Shown here: positions 9,594-20,540 of the stretch, one piece after another | How positions within the stretch are numbered: the stretch's first letter is position 1 | Layout of the letters: each line of letters opens with the position of its first letter | Source of the DNA: an uncultured bacterium | GTDB taxonomy: Bacteria > Verrucomicrobiota > Kiritimatiellia > CAIVKH01 | Assembly: GCA_903906425.1 (NCBI GenBank) | Contig: CAIVKH010000193.1 | Coordinates: 2,903 to 66,902 of the forward strand | Direction: 5' to 3' | Length of the DNA stretch: 64,000 nt | Position numbers and translations under genes: made by a program | Notes under the pieces: model-generated | What the model saw: only the letters and a program-made list of their open reading frames with translations | Told to the model about the DNA's origin: nothing | Databases searched by the model: none

Positions 9594-11597
9594 TCATTTG
9601 ACCCGAATCAACACGACGCCGTGCCGTGCGACTTCGGCTGCATATCCGTCCGATGAATCGCCGATGTCACGCTGCCGCCACAAATCACGGACCGAGTGTT
9701 TGCCCGTCAGGCCCAACTCCGTCCATGAAACTTTGACCTCCGAAGCCTTTCGTCCCCGATTGAAAAGCCCCACGGCCTTGCTTCCGTCAGCCAAATCTCT
9801 GGCCCAGACTTCAACAGAACCGTTCTGACTGATGCGCCCCGCCGGTCTGCCGAGCGGGTCCTGATTCACGGCGATCACTTCATCGTTTTCCAAAAGGCCG
9901 AGCGTGAAATCGTCGAGTTGAGTCATGTCGCAACCGATCAGCAGCGCCGAACTCAGCAGGCACCACAAACTGATATGCGTGTACTGCTCGCTTGGCGTGA
10001 GCTTCGTCGGATGCAGATTCCCCCATCCGACTTTGCCGACGACGAGCATATCGGGGTCGTTCCAATGGCCGGGGCCGGCAAACTTTTCGTGGCCGTTCTG
10101 ACCGAAGCCGATTCCGGCCATGCTGCCCCACGTATCGGTGATGTCGCCTGTCGTGCGCCAGCAATTGCCGCCGGCTTCCTCGCCCCATTCCCACACGTTG
10201 CCCATGCCGTACTGGCAGAAACTAAAAAGAATGTCGCGGTTCTGATGGTTCAACGCGGAACGCATGACCACATAAGGTCTGATCTGATCAAGCAACCCCT
10301 TCGGCTTGCCAGCACTCTCAAATTTCTTCATCGGCGAAAAATCAACCGGACGGGTGCGCTTGGATTCGAGGCTGGGATTGTAGGAACACCAGTCGTATTT
10401 GAGGTAGTCGAAGCCCCATTCGGCGTATTGTGCCGCATCGAGTTCCTCGTGGTCAAAACTGGCCACGCAGCCGCCGCAGGTCCACGGGCCAGGCGACGAA
10501 TACAGGCCCGCTTTCAAGCCGAGGCCATGGATATAATCAACCAACCCCTTCATGTCTTTGAACCGTGGATTCGTCAGAATCTTCCCGTCGGCGTCGCGAT
10601 GAGGGCCCTGCAATGTCGGATCTTTCGAATCGCGATGGCATTCCCAGAAATCATCAATGTTGATGTACTGCCAGCCGTGATCAATCAGCCCGCTTTTCAC
10701 CATCGCATCGGCGGCGGATTTTACGCGGTCGGCTGTGACTGCCGCCGCAAAACAATTCCAACTATTCCAACCCATCGGCGGTGTCAGCGCGATCTTGTCG
10801 CCGACGACAATTTTCAATTCGCCGCGCGCCGTGCCGAGCGAATTTTTCGCACGAAGCGATGCGACATGTTCGCCGCGCGCACTGACAGTACCGGAAATAA
10901 TTCCGCTGTTTTCGTCAAGATGAAGACCATCCGGCAATCCGCTGGCCGCAAATTGAATTGGCTTCTCGCCACTCGCCGCAATTTTGAAAAGGAACGGATG
11001 GCCGGGCCGCACGCCCGTAATTTGCGCCCCGTTAATCCGCGGCTCGCGCGGCGTGGGCGGCGTGAGCCGGATATATTCTTCCTTCTGTACCGCGCCGGGT
11101 GTCGTGCTGGGCTTCTGGGCGTGGAATTCAATTTTCGCGTCGCACCAATCGGCGTGATCAAAGTCAATGCCGTCACCGGCATCAGTGACTTCCAGGTCGA
11201 GTTGCTTCACATCCTTCAGCGAAACATCAACGGCCTTCGCGGGCTGTTTGCCTTTCATCACACCGCTGCGCCACACTTCTTTTCCATCGGCAACCATAAT
11301 GAATTCGACCGAGCCGCGCTCATGAACTTCGCCATCCACGCCGACTTTTGCGGTGAACCGGTCTGCCGTTCCGTGAAGATCAATCTGCATCGAGCTTTCC
11401 GCGTGCGTACCCAGACCGTGTTCGAATTGCTCGCCGCCGACAGACAACTTCGCCTTGTCAACCGAATGGTCTCGCTGCGGCTGTCCATAGCCTTGCATCA
11501 TGTCGCCGAAGCCCAGTTCAGCGATTGAAATTGTTTCGGCGTTTGCGGCGAACGCACCGGCAGCGACCAGACAGAGAAAAGACAGATAACGATTCAT
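9594..11597 (-). CDS. GH27 alpha-galactosidase with N-terminal NPCBM and Ig-like domains
   Basis: TPPMGWNSWN, YINIDDxW, DYLKYDWC, WRTTGDI, WNDPDMLVVG; NPCBM GLGTHA..DHADW; signal peptide. Confidence 0.92.
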   Translation of the reverse strand: MNRYLSFLCLVAAGAFAANAETISIAELGFGDMMQGYGQPQRDHSVDKAKLSVGGEQFEHGLGTHAESSMQIDLHGTADRFTAKVGVDGEVHERGSVEFIMVADGKEVWRSGVMKGKQPAKAVDVSLKDVKQLDLEVTDAGDGIDFDHADWCDAKIEFHAQKPSTTPGAVQKEEYIRLTPPTPREPRINGAQITGVRPGHPFLFKIAASGEKPIQFAASGLPDGLHLDENSGIISGTVSARGEHVASLRAKNSLGTARGELKIVVGDKIALTPPMGWNSWNCFAAAVTADRVKSAADAMVKSGLIDHGWQYINIDDFWECHRDSKDPTLQGPHRDADGKILTNPRFKDMKGLVDYIHGLGLKAGLYSSPGPWTCGGCVASFDHEELDAAQYAEWGFDYLKYDWCSYNPSLESKRTRPVDFSPMKKFESAGKPKGLLDQIRPYVVMRSALNHQNRDILFSFCQYGMGNVWEWGEEAGGNCWRTTGDITDTWGSMAGIGFGQNGHEKFAGPGHWNDPDMLVVGKVGWGNLHPTKLTPSEQYTHISLWCLLSSALLIGCDMTQLDDFTLGLLENDEVIAVNQDPLGRPAGRISQNGSVEVWARDLADGSKAVGLFNRGRKASEVKVSWTELGLTGKHSVRDLWRQRDIGDSSDGYAAEVARHGVVLIRVK

Positions 11598-11648
11598 GTA
11601 CAGACTCCAGTTCAAAAGAATGACCAAGGACAAAAGACAACGGACACA

Positions 11649-12674
11649 TCACGCGAGCGCTGCACAGAGCTTCTGGCGCTCGTCAGGATTGGTCATGAAA
11701 ACAAGAACGTCGCCTGGCGCAAGCAAATAATCGGCTTTCGGCTTGAAAATCCACGCGTCGCCGCGCTTCGCTGCCAGCAAAACGGAATTTTCAAAACGCT
11801 CCAGTTGCAGCGAAGAAATTGTTTTGCCCGCGCCCGCCGCGCCGACCGGCGCGTCCTCGACCCGCAGATTCCGGTCCTTGTCGCGCAGCATCACATCGAG
11901 AAAAGTCACGACGCCGGGCCGCACCATTTCCGAGCTCATCCGCAGCGCGCCAATCGAAATCGGCGACACGACCGACGACGCGCCCGCCTTTTTCATCTTC
12001 GAAATATTCCTGGTATCGCGAGCGGTCGAAACAATTCTCGCGTTCGCGTTCAGACCGCGCACGGCCATGCAGATGACGATGTTCGTGTTGTCCTCATCGT
12101 CTGCCGCGAAAATTCCCGCCGCGCGTTCGATGCCGGCTTTGCGTAAAACATCGTCGTCGGTCGGATCGCCCTCGATCAAAAAATGCGGCGTGTCGTCGCC
12201 CATCTCCTCGTCAACCTTGTCGCGATGCAGCACGACCGCGACGAACGCGCGCTGCGTCTGGCGCAGCTCGCGCATGATCTGCGGCGCGAGCGCGCTCCAG
12301 CCGCACACCAGATAATGGCCGCTGACTTCCGAAATTTTCTGCTGCATTTTTCGTCTCCTCCATCGCCGTTGCAAATCGCCGTCCACCGCAATCTGCGTCA
12401 CCGTGCCCATCGTGTAGGTGATGATGCCGATGCCGAACAGTGCGATGAACATCGTGAAAATCCGGCCGCCGGGGCTGTGATCCATCGGAACAATTTCGCC
12501 GTAGCCGATCGTCGCGACCGTGATGACCACCATGTAAAGGCAGTCAACCCACGAAGAATTGCCGTGGCTCACGATGCGATAGCCGATGGTGCCGACGATC
12601 AGCACGCCGGCCACCAGCGCGATGATTCGCGTCGCGCGCTGCTTCAACTGGTCTATCGAATCCGAGGCGGACAT
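11649..12674 (-). CDS. Potassium channel with TrkA-N/RCK domains
   Basis: TVATIGYGE selectivity filter, two TM helices, EGDPTDDDVLRKAGIERA RCK motif. Confidence 0.9.
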   Translation of the reverse strand: MSASDSIDQLKQRATRIIALVAGVLIVGTIGYRIVSHGNSSWVDCLYMVVITVATIGYGEIVPMDHSPGGRIFTMFIALFGIGIITYTMGTVTQIAVDGDLQRRWRRRKMQQKISEVSGHYLVCGWSALAPQIMRELRQTQRAFVAVVLHRDKVDEEMGDDTPHFLIEGDPTDDDVLRKAGIERAAGIFAADDEDNTNIVICMAVRGLNANARIVSTARDTRNISKMKKAGASSVVSPISIGALRMSSEMVRPGVVTFLDVMLRDKDRNLRVEDAPVGAAGAGKTISSLQLERFENSVLLAAKRGDAWIFKPKADYLLAPGDVLVFMTNPDERQKLCAALA

Positions 12675-12784
12675 GGCGCGAGAAGATGCCGCCACCGCCG
12701 CATCGCCGTCAATTCACGTTTCGATGCGTTCGCAAACGAAGGCTCCACCGGAAGAAGGTCAGTCGTTCATTCTCCCGCCCTCTT

Positions 12785-15042
12785 TCAACTGAGAATGCCG
12801 CCCTGGCTGGCGTTGGTTACGAGCTTCTGATAGCGGGCGAGCCAGCCGGTGAGATCGCGTTTCACGGGCTGCCACGTCTTCTTGCGCTCCGCGAGTTCTG
12901 ATTCGGGAACGAGGATGTCCATGCGGCGGTTCGGAAAATCTATGCGGATGCGGTCACCGTTTTTCAGCAATCCAATCGGGCCGCCTTCCGCAGCTTCGGG
13001 GCTGACGTGGCCGATGCACGCGCCGGCTGTGCCACCGCTGAAACGGCCGTCGGTGATCAGCGCGCATTTGTCGCCGAGGTCGAGGCCGACGATGTAACTG
13101 GTGGGCGAAAGCATCTCCTGCATTCCCGGTCCGCCGCGCGGACCTTCGTTGCGGATGATGACGACATCGCCAGCCTTCACTTTGCCGCCGAGAATTCCTT
13201 CGCAGGCATCTTCCTGGCTTTCGAATATTACGCACGGCCCTTCGAACACAAAACCGGGACCGCAATTCTTCTTGAACGTGTCGCTGATGCCGGCGGTCTT
13301 CACGACGCTGCCATCGGGCGCGAGTTGGCCGTAAAGAATCGCAAGTCCGCCATCGGGTGTATAGGCGGTTTCCATTGTGCGGATGCAATCCGAGGCCTTG
13401 AACTTGAACACGGAGTCATAAGGCATGAGGCCGGCAGGCTGCGCGGCCTTGATCTGCGCTTCGCGGTATTCGTGATACGCCTTGCTGATCGTCCAGCCGC
13501 GTAGGCGTCCCATTCGCAACAGGCATGCGATTTTCTTTTCGCCGCCCTGATAATTCCAAATCACGAGCACGGGCGTTCCGTTGAGCGTGCCCAGCTCTGC
13601 GCGAACCATTCCTCTGTGCTCGGTGAACTTCGCCTTCAATCCCGCTTCGATTTCAGCGGGGCCTTTCCAAGTCGTCGTGTCGTTCACTTGCAACTCGCCA
13701 TCTTCCGTAAACAGCGCCGCGCACGCGGCCGCATCGCCGGCATTGAACGCCGCCGCGAACCTCCACAGCGTGATCGCTCGCAGATCGCCGGGGAAAAATA
13801 TCATCGGCTTCGGCGCGAGATTTCCGCCCGCCGTACGTCCGGCAGTTCCGAGCTTGTCATTCGGATCAACGACGATCGCCGACGCGCCCGATACGCGCGA
13901 GGCTTTCGCCCACGGCGTGCAGGTCTCGGAGCGAATATCCCATTCGTCAACATTCTCGCCGATGGTTTTTCCCGTCACGGTAATGCACGACAGATTCAGC
14001 GCGCCCATGCGCTTCAGCTCGCCGAGAATCGTATGAATCCCACCGGCCCGCTGCACGTCCTGAACGTGATAATCCGACGACGGCGAGACTTTGCAAATGC
14101 ACGGAATGCGCCGCGAAATCTCGTCAATGCGCTTGATGTCATAAGGAATGCCCGCTTCACGCGCTATCGCGAGCGTGTGCAAAACCGTATTCGTCGAGCC
14201 GCCCATCGCCACGTCGAGCATCAGCGCGTTATCGAACGCCTCCACCGTCGCGATGTCGCGCGGCTTGATGTCTTTTTCGATCAGCTTGATGATCGCGCGC
14301 GCCGCGCGTTCGTAAACCGCCTCGCGCTCTTTCGAAACCGCCAGCCCGTTCCGTTTCCGGGCAGCGCCATGCCGAGCGCCTCGCACAAACAGTTCATCGA
14401 GTTCGCCGTAAACATTCCCGAGCACGAGCCGCACGTCGGGCACGCCGACTGCTCCAGCTTCTTCAAATCCGCCTCGGTAATTTTCCCCGCCTGAAGCTGC
14501 GCCACGCCCTTGAAAACCGAAATGAGATCCGACTTCTGCGCCGCGCCGTGCAGATACGCCGGCAGTTCGCCTTCCGCCGCCAGATCGGAAATCCCCGCCG
14601 CCATCGGTCCGCCGCTGACGAACACCGTCGGGATGTTCACGCGCATCGCCGCCATCAGCATTCCCGGAACGATCTTGTCGCAATTCGGAATGCAGACCAT
14701 GCCGTCGAAGCGGTGCGCCTGCACCATCGTCTCGACGCAGTCCGCGATCAGCTCGCGCGACGGCAGCGAAAATTTCATTCCGCCGTGCCCCATCGCGATT
14801 CCGTCATCCACTCCGATCGTATTGAAAATAAACGGCACGCCGCCCGCCTCGCGCACCATACGCTTCACCAGCGCGCCGACTTCGTTCAGGTGGGCGTGGC
14901 CGGGAATGCAATCCGTGTACGAATTGCAAATCGCGACGAACGGCTTGTCCCAGTCCGCCTCCGATTCGATGGAGCCGGTGGCGCGCAGCAGCGAACGGTG
15001 CGGCGCGCGTTCAAAACCTTTTTTAATGATGTCAGAGCGCAT
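12785..15042 (-). pseudogene. ilvD: Dihydroxy-acid dehydratase, frameshifted near 14345 (real or sequencing error), with internal domain insertion
   Basis: N-part: [36 protein letters not shown]-part in another frame: MGGSTNTVLH, EGPRGGPGMQEM, LITDGRFSG, GHVSPEAA. Junction reads GGA ACG GG CTG GCG, one base short. Confidence 0.9.
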
Positions 15043-15305
15043 GATGTTTTCCCTTCGCCCGAAATAACGGACCATGCATGGCGTCTTGTCAAACTGGAAA
15101 ACACAGCCATTTCGGATCCGAATCGTCTCGATGAAAGGGCGGACGAGTGGCGCGGCGCAATCGTCGGGAAGTCGTCAGCCGAAAGACTCCGAAGAAGATT
15201 TCGCCGTGATTTATTCCGAAATCATGCCAGAATGTCGGCCGTGGGTCTCATGGCTGAAGTTCCGCGAAATTGGAACCGGAGAGCGCGACGAGGTTGTGAA
15301 CGAAT

Positions 15306-15353
15306 TTCCAATCATTGGAAAAATGCGCAGCCGGTGATTTCCAATGATTGGAA
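15306..15353. repeat. Palindrome doublet locus 5
   Basis: TTCCAATCATTGGAA (15306) + TTCCAATGATTGGAA (15339), period 33; between divergent genes. Confidence 0.95.
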
Positions 15354-15365
15354 GAGAGCGATGCG

Positions 15366-16769
15366 ATGAAACTAAATGTCGAAGATCGCGGATTGGAATA
15401 CACGGGCGCGGCGCGGATTGAGGGGCCGCTCGTCGTGATCGAACGCGTACGCGATGTTGGATTCGATGAAAAGGTGGAGATCGTGGATTCGTCGGGGCGC
15501 GCGCGGCTCGGGCGCGTGCTCGACATTTCGGAGTCGTGCGCGGTCGTCCAAGTTCTGGAGGGGACGACCGGCCTTTCCAATCAAACGCTGCGCGCGAGAT
15601 TTCTCGGCGAAAGTTTCCGGCTCCCCGTTTCGCGCGAAATGCTGGGGCGCGTTTTTGACGGGCTGGGCCGGCCCGCGGACGGCGGCCCGCCGGCACTCGC
15701 CGCGGATCGTCGCGATGTGAACGGAATGCCGATCAATCCGTTTGCGCGAAGGTATCCGCGCGAATTTATCCAGACGGGGCTTTCGGCAATTGACGGAATG
15801 AACGCGCTGGTGCGCGGACAGAAGCTGCCGATTTTTTCGGGAAACGGTTTGCCGCACGACCGCGTGTCGGCGCAGATCGTAAGGCAGGCGCGGCTGCTCG
15901 AAGAAAAAGTCGAGTTCTCGATCGTGTTCGCGGCGATGGGCGTGAAGCACGATGTCGCGGAATTTTTCATCCGCAATTTTCAGGAATCGGGCGCGCTTGC
16001 TCGCGCGGTCATGTTTTTTTCGCTGGCCGACGCGCCAAGCGTCGAACGTTTGCTGACGCCGCGCGTCGCGCTGACGCTGGCGGAACATCTCGCGTTCGAT
16101 TGCGGCCAGCACGTGCTCGTGCTGTTGACCGACATGACAAATTATTGCGAGAGCCTCCGCGAAGTCGGAACCGCGCGCGGAGAAATTCCGGGCCGCAAAG
16201 GCTATCCCGGATATTTGTATTCCGACCTCGCGAGCATTTACGAACGCGCGGGCCGCATTGACGGTTCGCCGGGTTCGATCACGCAAATTCCGATCTTGAC
16301 GATGCCGTCGGACGACATCAGCCATCCGGTGCCGGATCTCACCGGCTACATCACCGAAGGACAAATCGTACTCGACCGCGATCTTTTCCAACGCAGCGTT
16401 TATCCGCCAATCGCCGGGCTGCCGAGTTTGTCGCGGCTGATGAATGACGGCGTCGGCAAGGGCTACACGCGCGAAGACCATCCGGCGCTGGCGAGCCAGT
16501 TGTTCGCGGGCTACGCCTACGTGAAGCGCGTGCGCGGTCTCGCCGACGTGATCGGCGAAGAAGAATTGAGCGCACTCGATAAACTCTATTTGAAATTCGG
16601 CGAGGCGCTGGAGCACCGGTTTCTGTCGCAGGGCGAATATGAAAATCGCTCGATCGAGACGACGCTGGAACTCGGATGGGACGTTCTCTCGATGCTGCCA
16701 CGCGATGAACTGCATCGCGTGAGCGATACGTTGTTGCAGCAACATTATCGCGAAAAGAAGGAGTCGTGA
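15366..16769 (+). CDS. ntpB: V/A-type ATP synthase subunit B
   Basis: [52 protein letters not shown]. Confidence 0.95.
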   Translation: MKLNVEDRGLEYTGAARIEGPLVVIERVRDVGFDEKVEIVDSSGRARLGRVLDISESCAVVQVLEGTTGLSNQTLRARFLGESFRLPVSREMLGRVFDGLGRPADGGPPALAADRRDVNGMPINPFARRYPREFIQTGLSAIDGMNALVRGQKLPIFSGNGLPHDRVSAQIVRQARLLEEKVEFSIVFAAMGVKHDVAEFFIRNFQESGALARAVMFFSLADAPSVERLLTPRVALTLAEHLAFDCGQHVLVLLTDMTNYCESLREVGTARGEIPGRKGYPGYLYSDLASIYERAGRIDGSPGSITQIPILTMPSDDISHPVPDLTGYITEGQIVLDRDLFQRSVYPPIAGLPSLSRLMNDGVGKGYTREDHPALASQLFAGYAYVKRVRGLADVIGEEELSALDKLYLKFGEALEHRFLSQGEYENRSIETTLELGWDVLSMLPRDELHRVSDTLLQQHYREKKES

Positions 16770-17404
16770 TCGTGGCGATTCTGAACATCGCACCGACGAA
16801 ATCGAATCTGCTGACACTGTCGCGGCAGCTCGCGTTTGCGGAGGAAGGTTATGATTTGCTCGAACAGAAACGGCAGATTTTAATTTTCGAATTGATGAAC
16901 CGGCTGAAGCGCGCGCGCGAACTCGAACAGCGAATCGGCGCGGATTTTCAGCGCGCATTCGCGGCGCTGCGCGAGGCGACGCTCGATGCGGGATCATCTG
17001 CGTTGGATCGCGCGGCGCTTGCCGTGATGTTCGATCATCGGCTCGAAATTTCCGATCAGCATTTGATGGGGCTTCGGATTCCGCGCGTGACGGTTCACGC
17101 CGATTCGCCCGCCGCGCAGTTTGGTGTGAGCGGCACTTCGGCAAATGCGGATGTCGCGATGAAACGATTTGTCGAGGTGCTGCCGCTGCTCGCGGAAATG
17201 GCGGAGCTGGAAAATGCGATCATCCGGCTTTCGCGCGAGCTTCGAAAAACGCAGCGGCGTTGCAACGCGCTGCTGAAAATTTTCATCCCGGATTATCGCG
17301 AGACGATCATCTACATCCGCGGCACGCTGGAGGAGCGAGAGCGCGAATCGTTCGTGATTCTCAAGATGATTCGCAATCGTCTGGCGCAAAGTCCGGCGAA
17401 TTAG
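16766..17404 (+). CDS. ntpD: V/A-type ATP synthase subunit D
   Basis: [33 protein letters not shown]; overlaps subunit B stop. Confidence 0.93.
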   Translation: MIVAILNIAPTKSNLLTLSRQLAFAEEGYDLLEQKRQILIFELMNRLKRARELEQRIGADFQRAFAALREATLDAGSSALDRAALAVMFDHRLEISDQHLMGLRIPRVTVHADSPAAQFGVSGTSANADVAMKRFVEVLPLLAEMAELENAIIRLSRELRKTQRRCNALLKIFIPDYRETIIYIRGTLEERERESFVILKMIRNRLAQSPAN

Positions 17405-17413
17405 GCGCGCGAT

Positions 17414-18109
17414 TCATTCGCTGAATTTGCGCATCCGCTGCTTGGCCATTTCGACGACGAGCTCGGCGATTTCGGGCGTGCTGAGCACGTCCATGTTGAG
17501 AACCGCGGTGTAGTTTGCGGGATCGTTTATATTTTTGTTGAAGAAATCCTTCACGAGGCGCGCGCGCGAAGTTTCAAGTTCGCGCACTTTCTTCAGAGCA
17601 GTGCCGTGATCGAGGCCCAGCAGCGCGGAAAGTTTTTCGACGCGTTTTGCCTCGCTGGCCACAAGCCGGATGTGGACGGCCAGCGGCATGTCCTTGCAAA
17701 CATACGCGCCGCCGCGGCCGATGATGATTGTTTTTCCGAGAACGCCGAGCGTGCGGACGACGCCAAAAACTTTTTTGTAGGTGCGGTACTGCCGCGATGT
17801 GCCGCGAATCATGTCGTAAATGATTTCCTCGATTTCGGAGTGATATTCCTCGGTGATCAAATCCTGCAATGAAGATTCGATCTTCGGATCGTCAACGATG
17901 AGCTGGCAGAGTTCCTGATCGAAAATTTCCCAGCTCTCCGCGAGTTCCGCGTCGAGTTTCCCGCCGATCTGCCGGACAATTTCCTCGGCGAGTTCCTTGC
18001 TGCCGGAGCCGGCCTGCCGCGAGATGGTGATGAATGGATAACAGCCGAGCGTATCTTCATTTTCGCGACGTTTTTTCAAATATTGTTTGATGAGCGTGGA
18101 CGTATTCAT
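17414..18109 (-). CDS. Cytidylate-kinase-like family protein
   Basis: ITISRQAGSG P-loop-like motif, IIGRGG, HIRLVAS..R. Confidence 0.8.
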   Translation of the reverse strand: MNTSTLIKQYLKKRRENEDTLGCYPFITISRQAGSGSKELAEEIVRQIGGKLDAELAESWEIFDQELCQLIVDDPKIESSLQDLITEEYHSEIEEIIYDMIRGTSRQYRTYKKVFGVVRTLGVLGKTIIIGRGGAYVCKDMPLAVHIRLVASEAKRVEKLSALLGLDHGTALKKVRELETSRARLVKDFFNKNINDPANYTAVLNMDVLSTPEIAELVVEMAKQRMRKFSE

Positions 18110-18300
18110 TTTGCCTTTCGCGCCGCCATCCGCACGACGGCGATCACTATTTTTCGATGCTACTGTATAGCCAGCCGACACGAAGCGACGCGACGAAATT
18201 TTTTGTGAAAAAAATATTTCGAGATTGTTGCATTCGCCACCGCGATGCGGTAGCAAGTCACCCAGCGTGGATCGGCGGTTTCACTCTTCGCTTTCGCCGG

Positions 18301-18347
18301 TTCCAATGATTGGAAAGTTGCCGCGCGGTGACTTCCAATGATTGGAA
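18301..18347. repeat. Palindrome doublet locus 6
   Basis: TTCCAATGATTGGAA at 18301 and 18333, period 32; between divergent genes. Confidence 0.95.
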
Positions 18348-18406
18348 AAAAGAGGCTCGAAACGGGCCTTTTCCGCCGCATCGCGCGAATAATGAGGTTT
18401 TGTGTC

Positions 18407-19354
18407 ATGGCTTTTTGGGGTTCGAGGCGCGATGATTTTGTGAACCGACGGCGGTCCCCGTCGCGCGACCAGTTGTTGTTGGTGACGGCACGCGTCAACG
18501 GCGCGCGCCAGGAAAAAATGCGGAAGGCCGGCGCGGTGACGGTGCTGGCCATCGGCCTGGGCGTCGGCTGCTGGGCGGCTGCAATGGGATCGTCGGCGCT
18601 GGCCGCGTGGCTCTTTGCGCAAAACGCGCGATTCACGCTTCGCCATCTCGATTTGCATTCCACGGGACGGCTGAGCTCCGCGCATTTGCAGCACTACGCA
18701 GGCCTGCACGAGGGGCAAAATCTTTTTGCCGTCAGCATGGCCGCGGTGCGGCTGAAACTCGAAACTGTGCCGCTCATCGCCCGCGCCGAAATTGAACGCA
18801 AACTTCCCGACACACTCATCGTAAATGTTCAGGAACGGATCGCCGTCGCGCGGATTTCGCAACCGGGACAGCCGGTGCTGCCGGTGGATCGCGACGGGCA
18901 TCTGATGAGTCCGCCCGCATCGCCGCACCTGCCGCTGATTCTCGGCATCGCGGAGCGCGGCCTCGCGCCGGGCGGTGTAATCCAGCAGACCACAGCGCGC
19001 GATGCGCTCGCGCTGCTCGACATTCACGAAAACGCGCACCTGGCCGCGCTCACGCCGATCGTTTCCGTGGACGTGAGCGATCCGGCGCAATTGCTGCTCA
19101 CGTTGCAAGACGAGGCAAAAATTCCGATGGCGCGCGATCATCTCGACCGGCGGCTGACCCGCCTTGCAAAGATGATCCAGACCGGTCGCGATGAAGGACG
19201 CGGTGATTTGCTCTGGGCCGATTTCACCGTGGACCGCAACGAGCCGGCAAAATTTTCCCTGGACCACGGCACGAATGATCCGGCGGCCACGCCCCATCTC
19301 GCACAGCCGCCGGCAGCGCACGCGAATCAACGGTTGAAGGTGCCACATGGATAA
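18407..19354 (+). CDS. ftsQ: Cell division protein FtsQ/DivIB
   Basis: Single TM then POTRA-type NLF..LE.VP.I..A.IERKLPDTL.V.V.ER; directly upstream of ftsA. Confidence 0.85.
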   Translation: MAFWGSRRDDFVNRRRSPSRDQLLLVTARVNGARQEKMRKAGAVTVLAIGLGVGCWAAAMGSSALAAWLFAQNARFTLRHLDLHSTGRLSSAHLQHYAGLHEGQNLFAVSMAAVRLKLETVPLIARAEIERKLPDTLIVNVQERIAVARISQPGQPVLPVDRDGHLMSPPASPHLPLILGIAERGLAPGGVIQQTTARDALALLDIHENAHLAALTPIVSVDVSDPAQLLLTLQDEAKIPMARDHLDRRLTRLAKMIQTGRDEGRGDLLWADFTVDRNEPAKFSLDHGTNDPAATPHLAQPPAAHANQRLKVPHG

Positions 19355-20540
19355 CACCCCGATTGTTGCCCTCGAAATCGGCACGACGAAAATCCGTGTG
19401 ATCGTCGCGGAACCGCGCGATGACGACAACCTCGCTGTGATCGGCATCGGCGAGTGCGCCTCCAGCGGCGTGCGCAAATCCGAAATTGTTCATCTCGACA
19501 ACGCGGTCACATGCGTCCGCTCCGCGATCAACAACGCCGAGGAAAGCAGCGGCGTGACGATCCGCTCCGCCTTTCTGCTGGTTTCCGGCGGCCACATTCA
19601 GAGCAAGATCAACCGCGGAAATATTCCGATGACCGACGGCGGAGAGATCACGCAAGAGGACATCGAGCACGTGACGGCCGCGGCCCGCGCCATCAGCCTG
19701 TCCAGCGAGCGTGAAATTCTTCACACGATCACGCAAAATTTTTACATCGACGACCAGCACGGCGTGATGAATCCGCTCGGCATGGAGGGCACGAAGCTCG
19801 CCGTGGACATGTTGATTCTGCACGGCGTGCGAAGCAGGCTGCGCAATGTCATCAAGGTGGCGCGCGACATTCCGCTGGATGTTCCTGACGTTGCGTTCGG
19901 CGGTCTGTGCGCCGGACTTGCCGTGCTATCGCCGGAGGAAAAACAGAACGGCGCGGTGGTGATTGATCTCGGCGGCGGATCGACAGATTATGTCGCCTAT
20001 GCCGATGGCGCGATTGCCGCGGCCGGATCGTTCGGCGTCGGCGGCGACCACCTCACCAACGACCTCGCGCGCGGCCTGCGGCTCACGCTTGCGCAAGCCG
20101 AGCAATTGAAGGAAGAACACGGCAGCGCCGTGATTGACCGCGGCGCACGCTCGCGGAAAATCAGTCTCGCGGCCGAGGCCGCCGGATCGGAAACGCGTCA
20201 CGTCCGACTCGGCGATGTCCATCTCGTAACAAGTGCGCGCATCGAGGAAATTTTTCAGCTTGCGCGCTCGGCACTCGACCAGCAGGACCTGCTGCATCAT
20301 CTCGGCGCGGGCGTGATCCTCACCGGTGGCGGATCGTATCTGCTCAACGGATGCGTGCTCGCATCGAGCGTTTTCGGCCTGCCCTGCGTGATCGGCCGCC
20401 CGCGCGATATCAGCGGCCTGGCTGCGGCGGGTCCGGAATTCGCAGGTCCGCTCGGACTTCTGCGCTATGTCCAGCGCACGGTGCGCCGCGAGCAAAACCA
20501 GAAATCGCGCTGGCCCTGGACGCGCCTGTTCGGGAGATGA
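19347..20540 (+). CDS. ftsA: Cell division protein FtsA
   Basis: ALEIGTTKI, IDLGGGST, GGDHLTNDL, AEQLK, ILTGGGS actin-fold motifs; amphipathic C-terminus. Confidence 0.93.
   Translation: MDNTPIVALEIGTTKIRVIVAEPRDDDNLAVIGIGECASSGVRKSEIVHLDNAVTCVRSAINNAEESSGVTIRSAFLLVSGGHIQSKINRGNIPMTDGGEITQEDIEHVTAAARAISLSSEREILHTITQNFYIDDQHGVMNPLGMEGTKLAVDMLILHGVRSRLRNVIKVARDIPLDVPDVAFGGLCAGLAVLSPEEKQNGAVVIDLGGGSTDYVAYADGAIAAAGSFGVGGDHLTNDLARGLRLTLAQAEQLKEEHGSAVIDRGARSRKISLAAEAAGSETRHVRLGDVHLVTSARIEEIFQLARSALDQQDLLHHLGAGVILTGGGSYLLNGCVLASSVFGLPCVIGRPRDISGLAAAGPEFAGPLGLLRYVQRTVRREQNQKSRWPWTRLFGR

Noticed and set aside
15074-15337. 87-aa ORF as a remnant of V-ATPase subunit A
   Set aside because: Only a vague resemblance to a helical C-terminus; no diagnostic motif, so it cannot be supported without a search.
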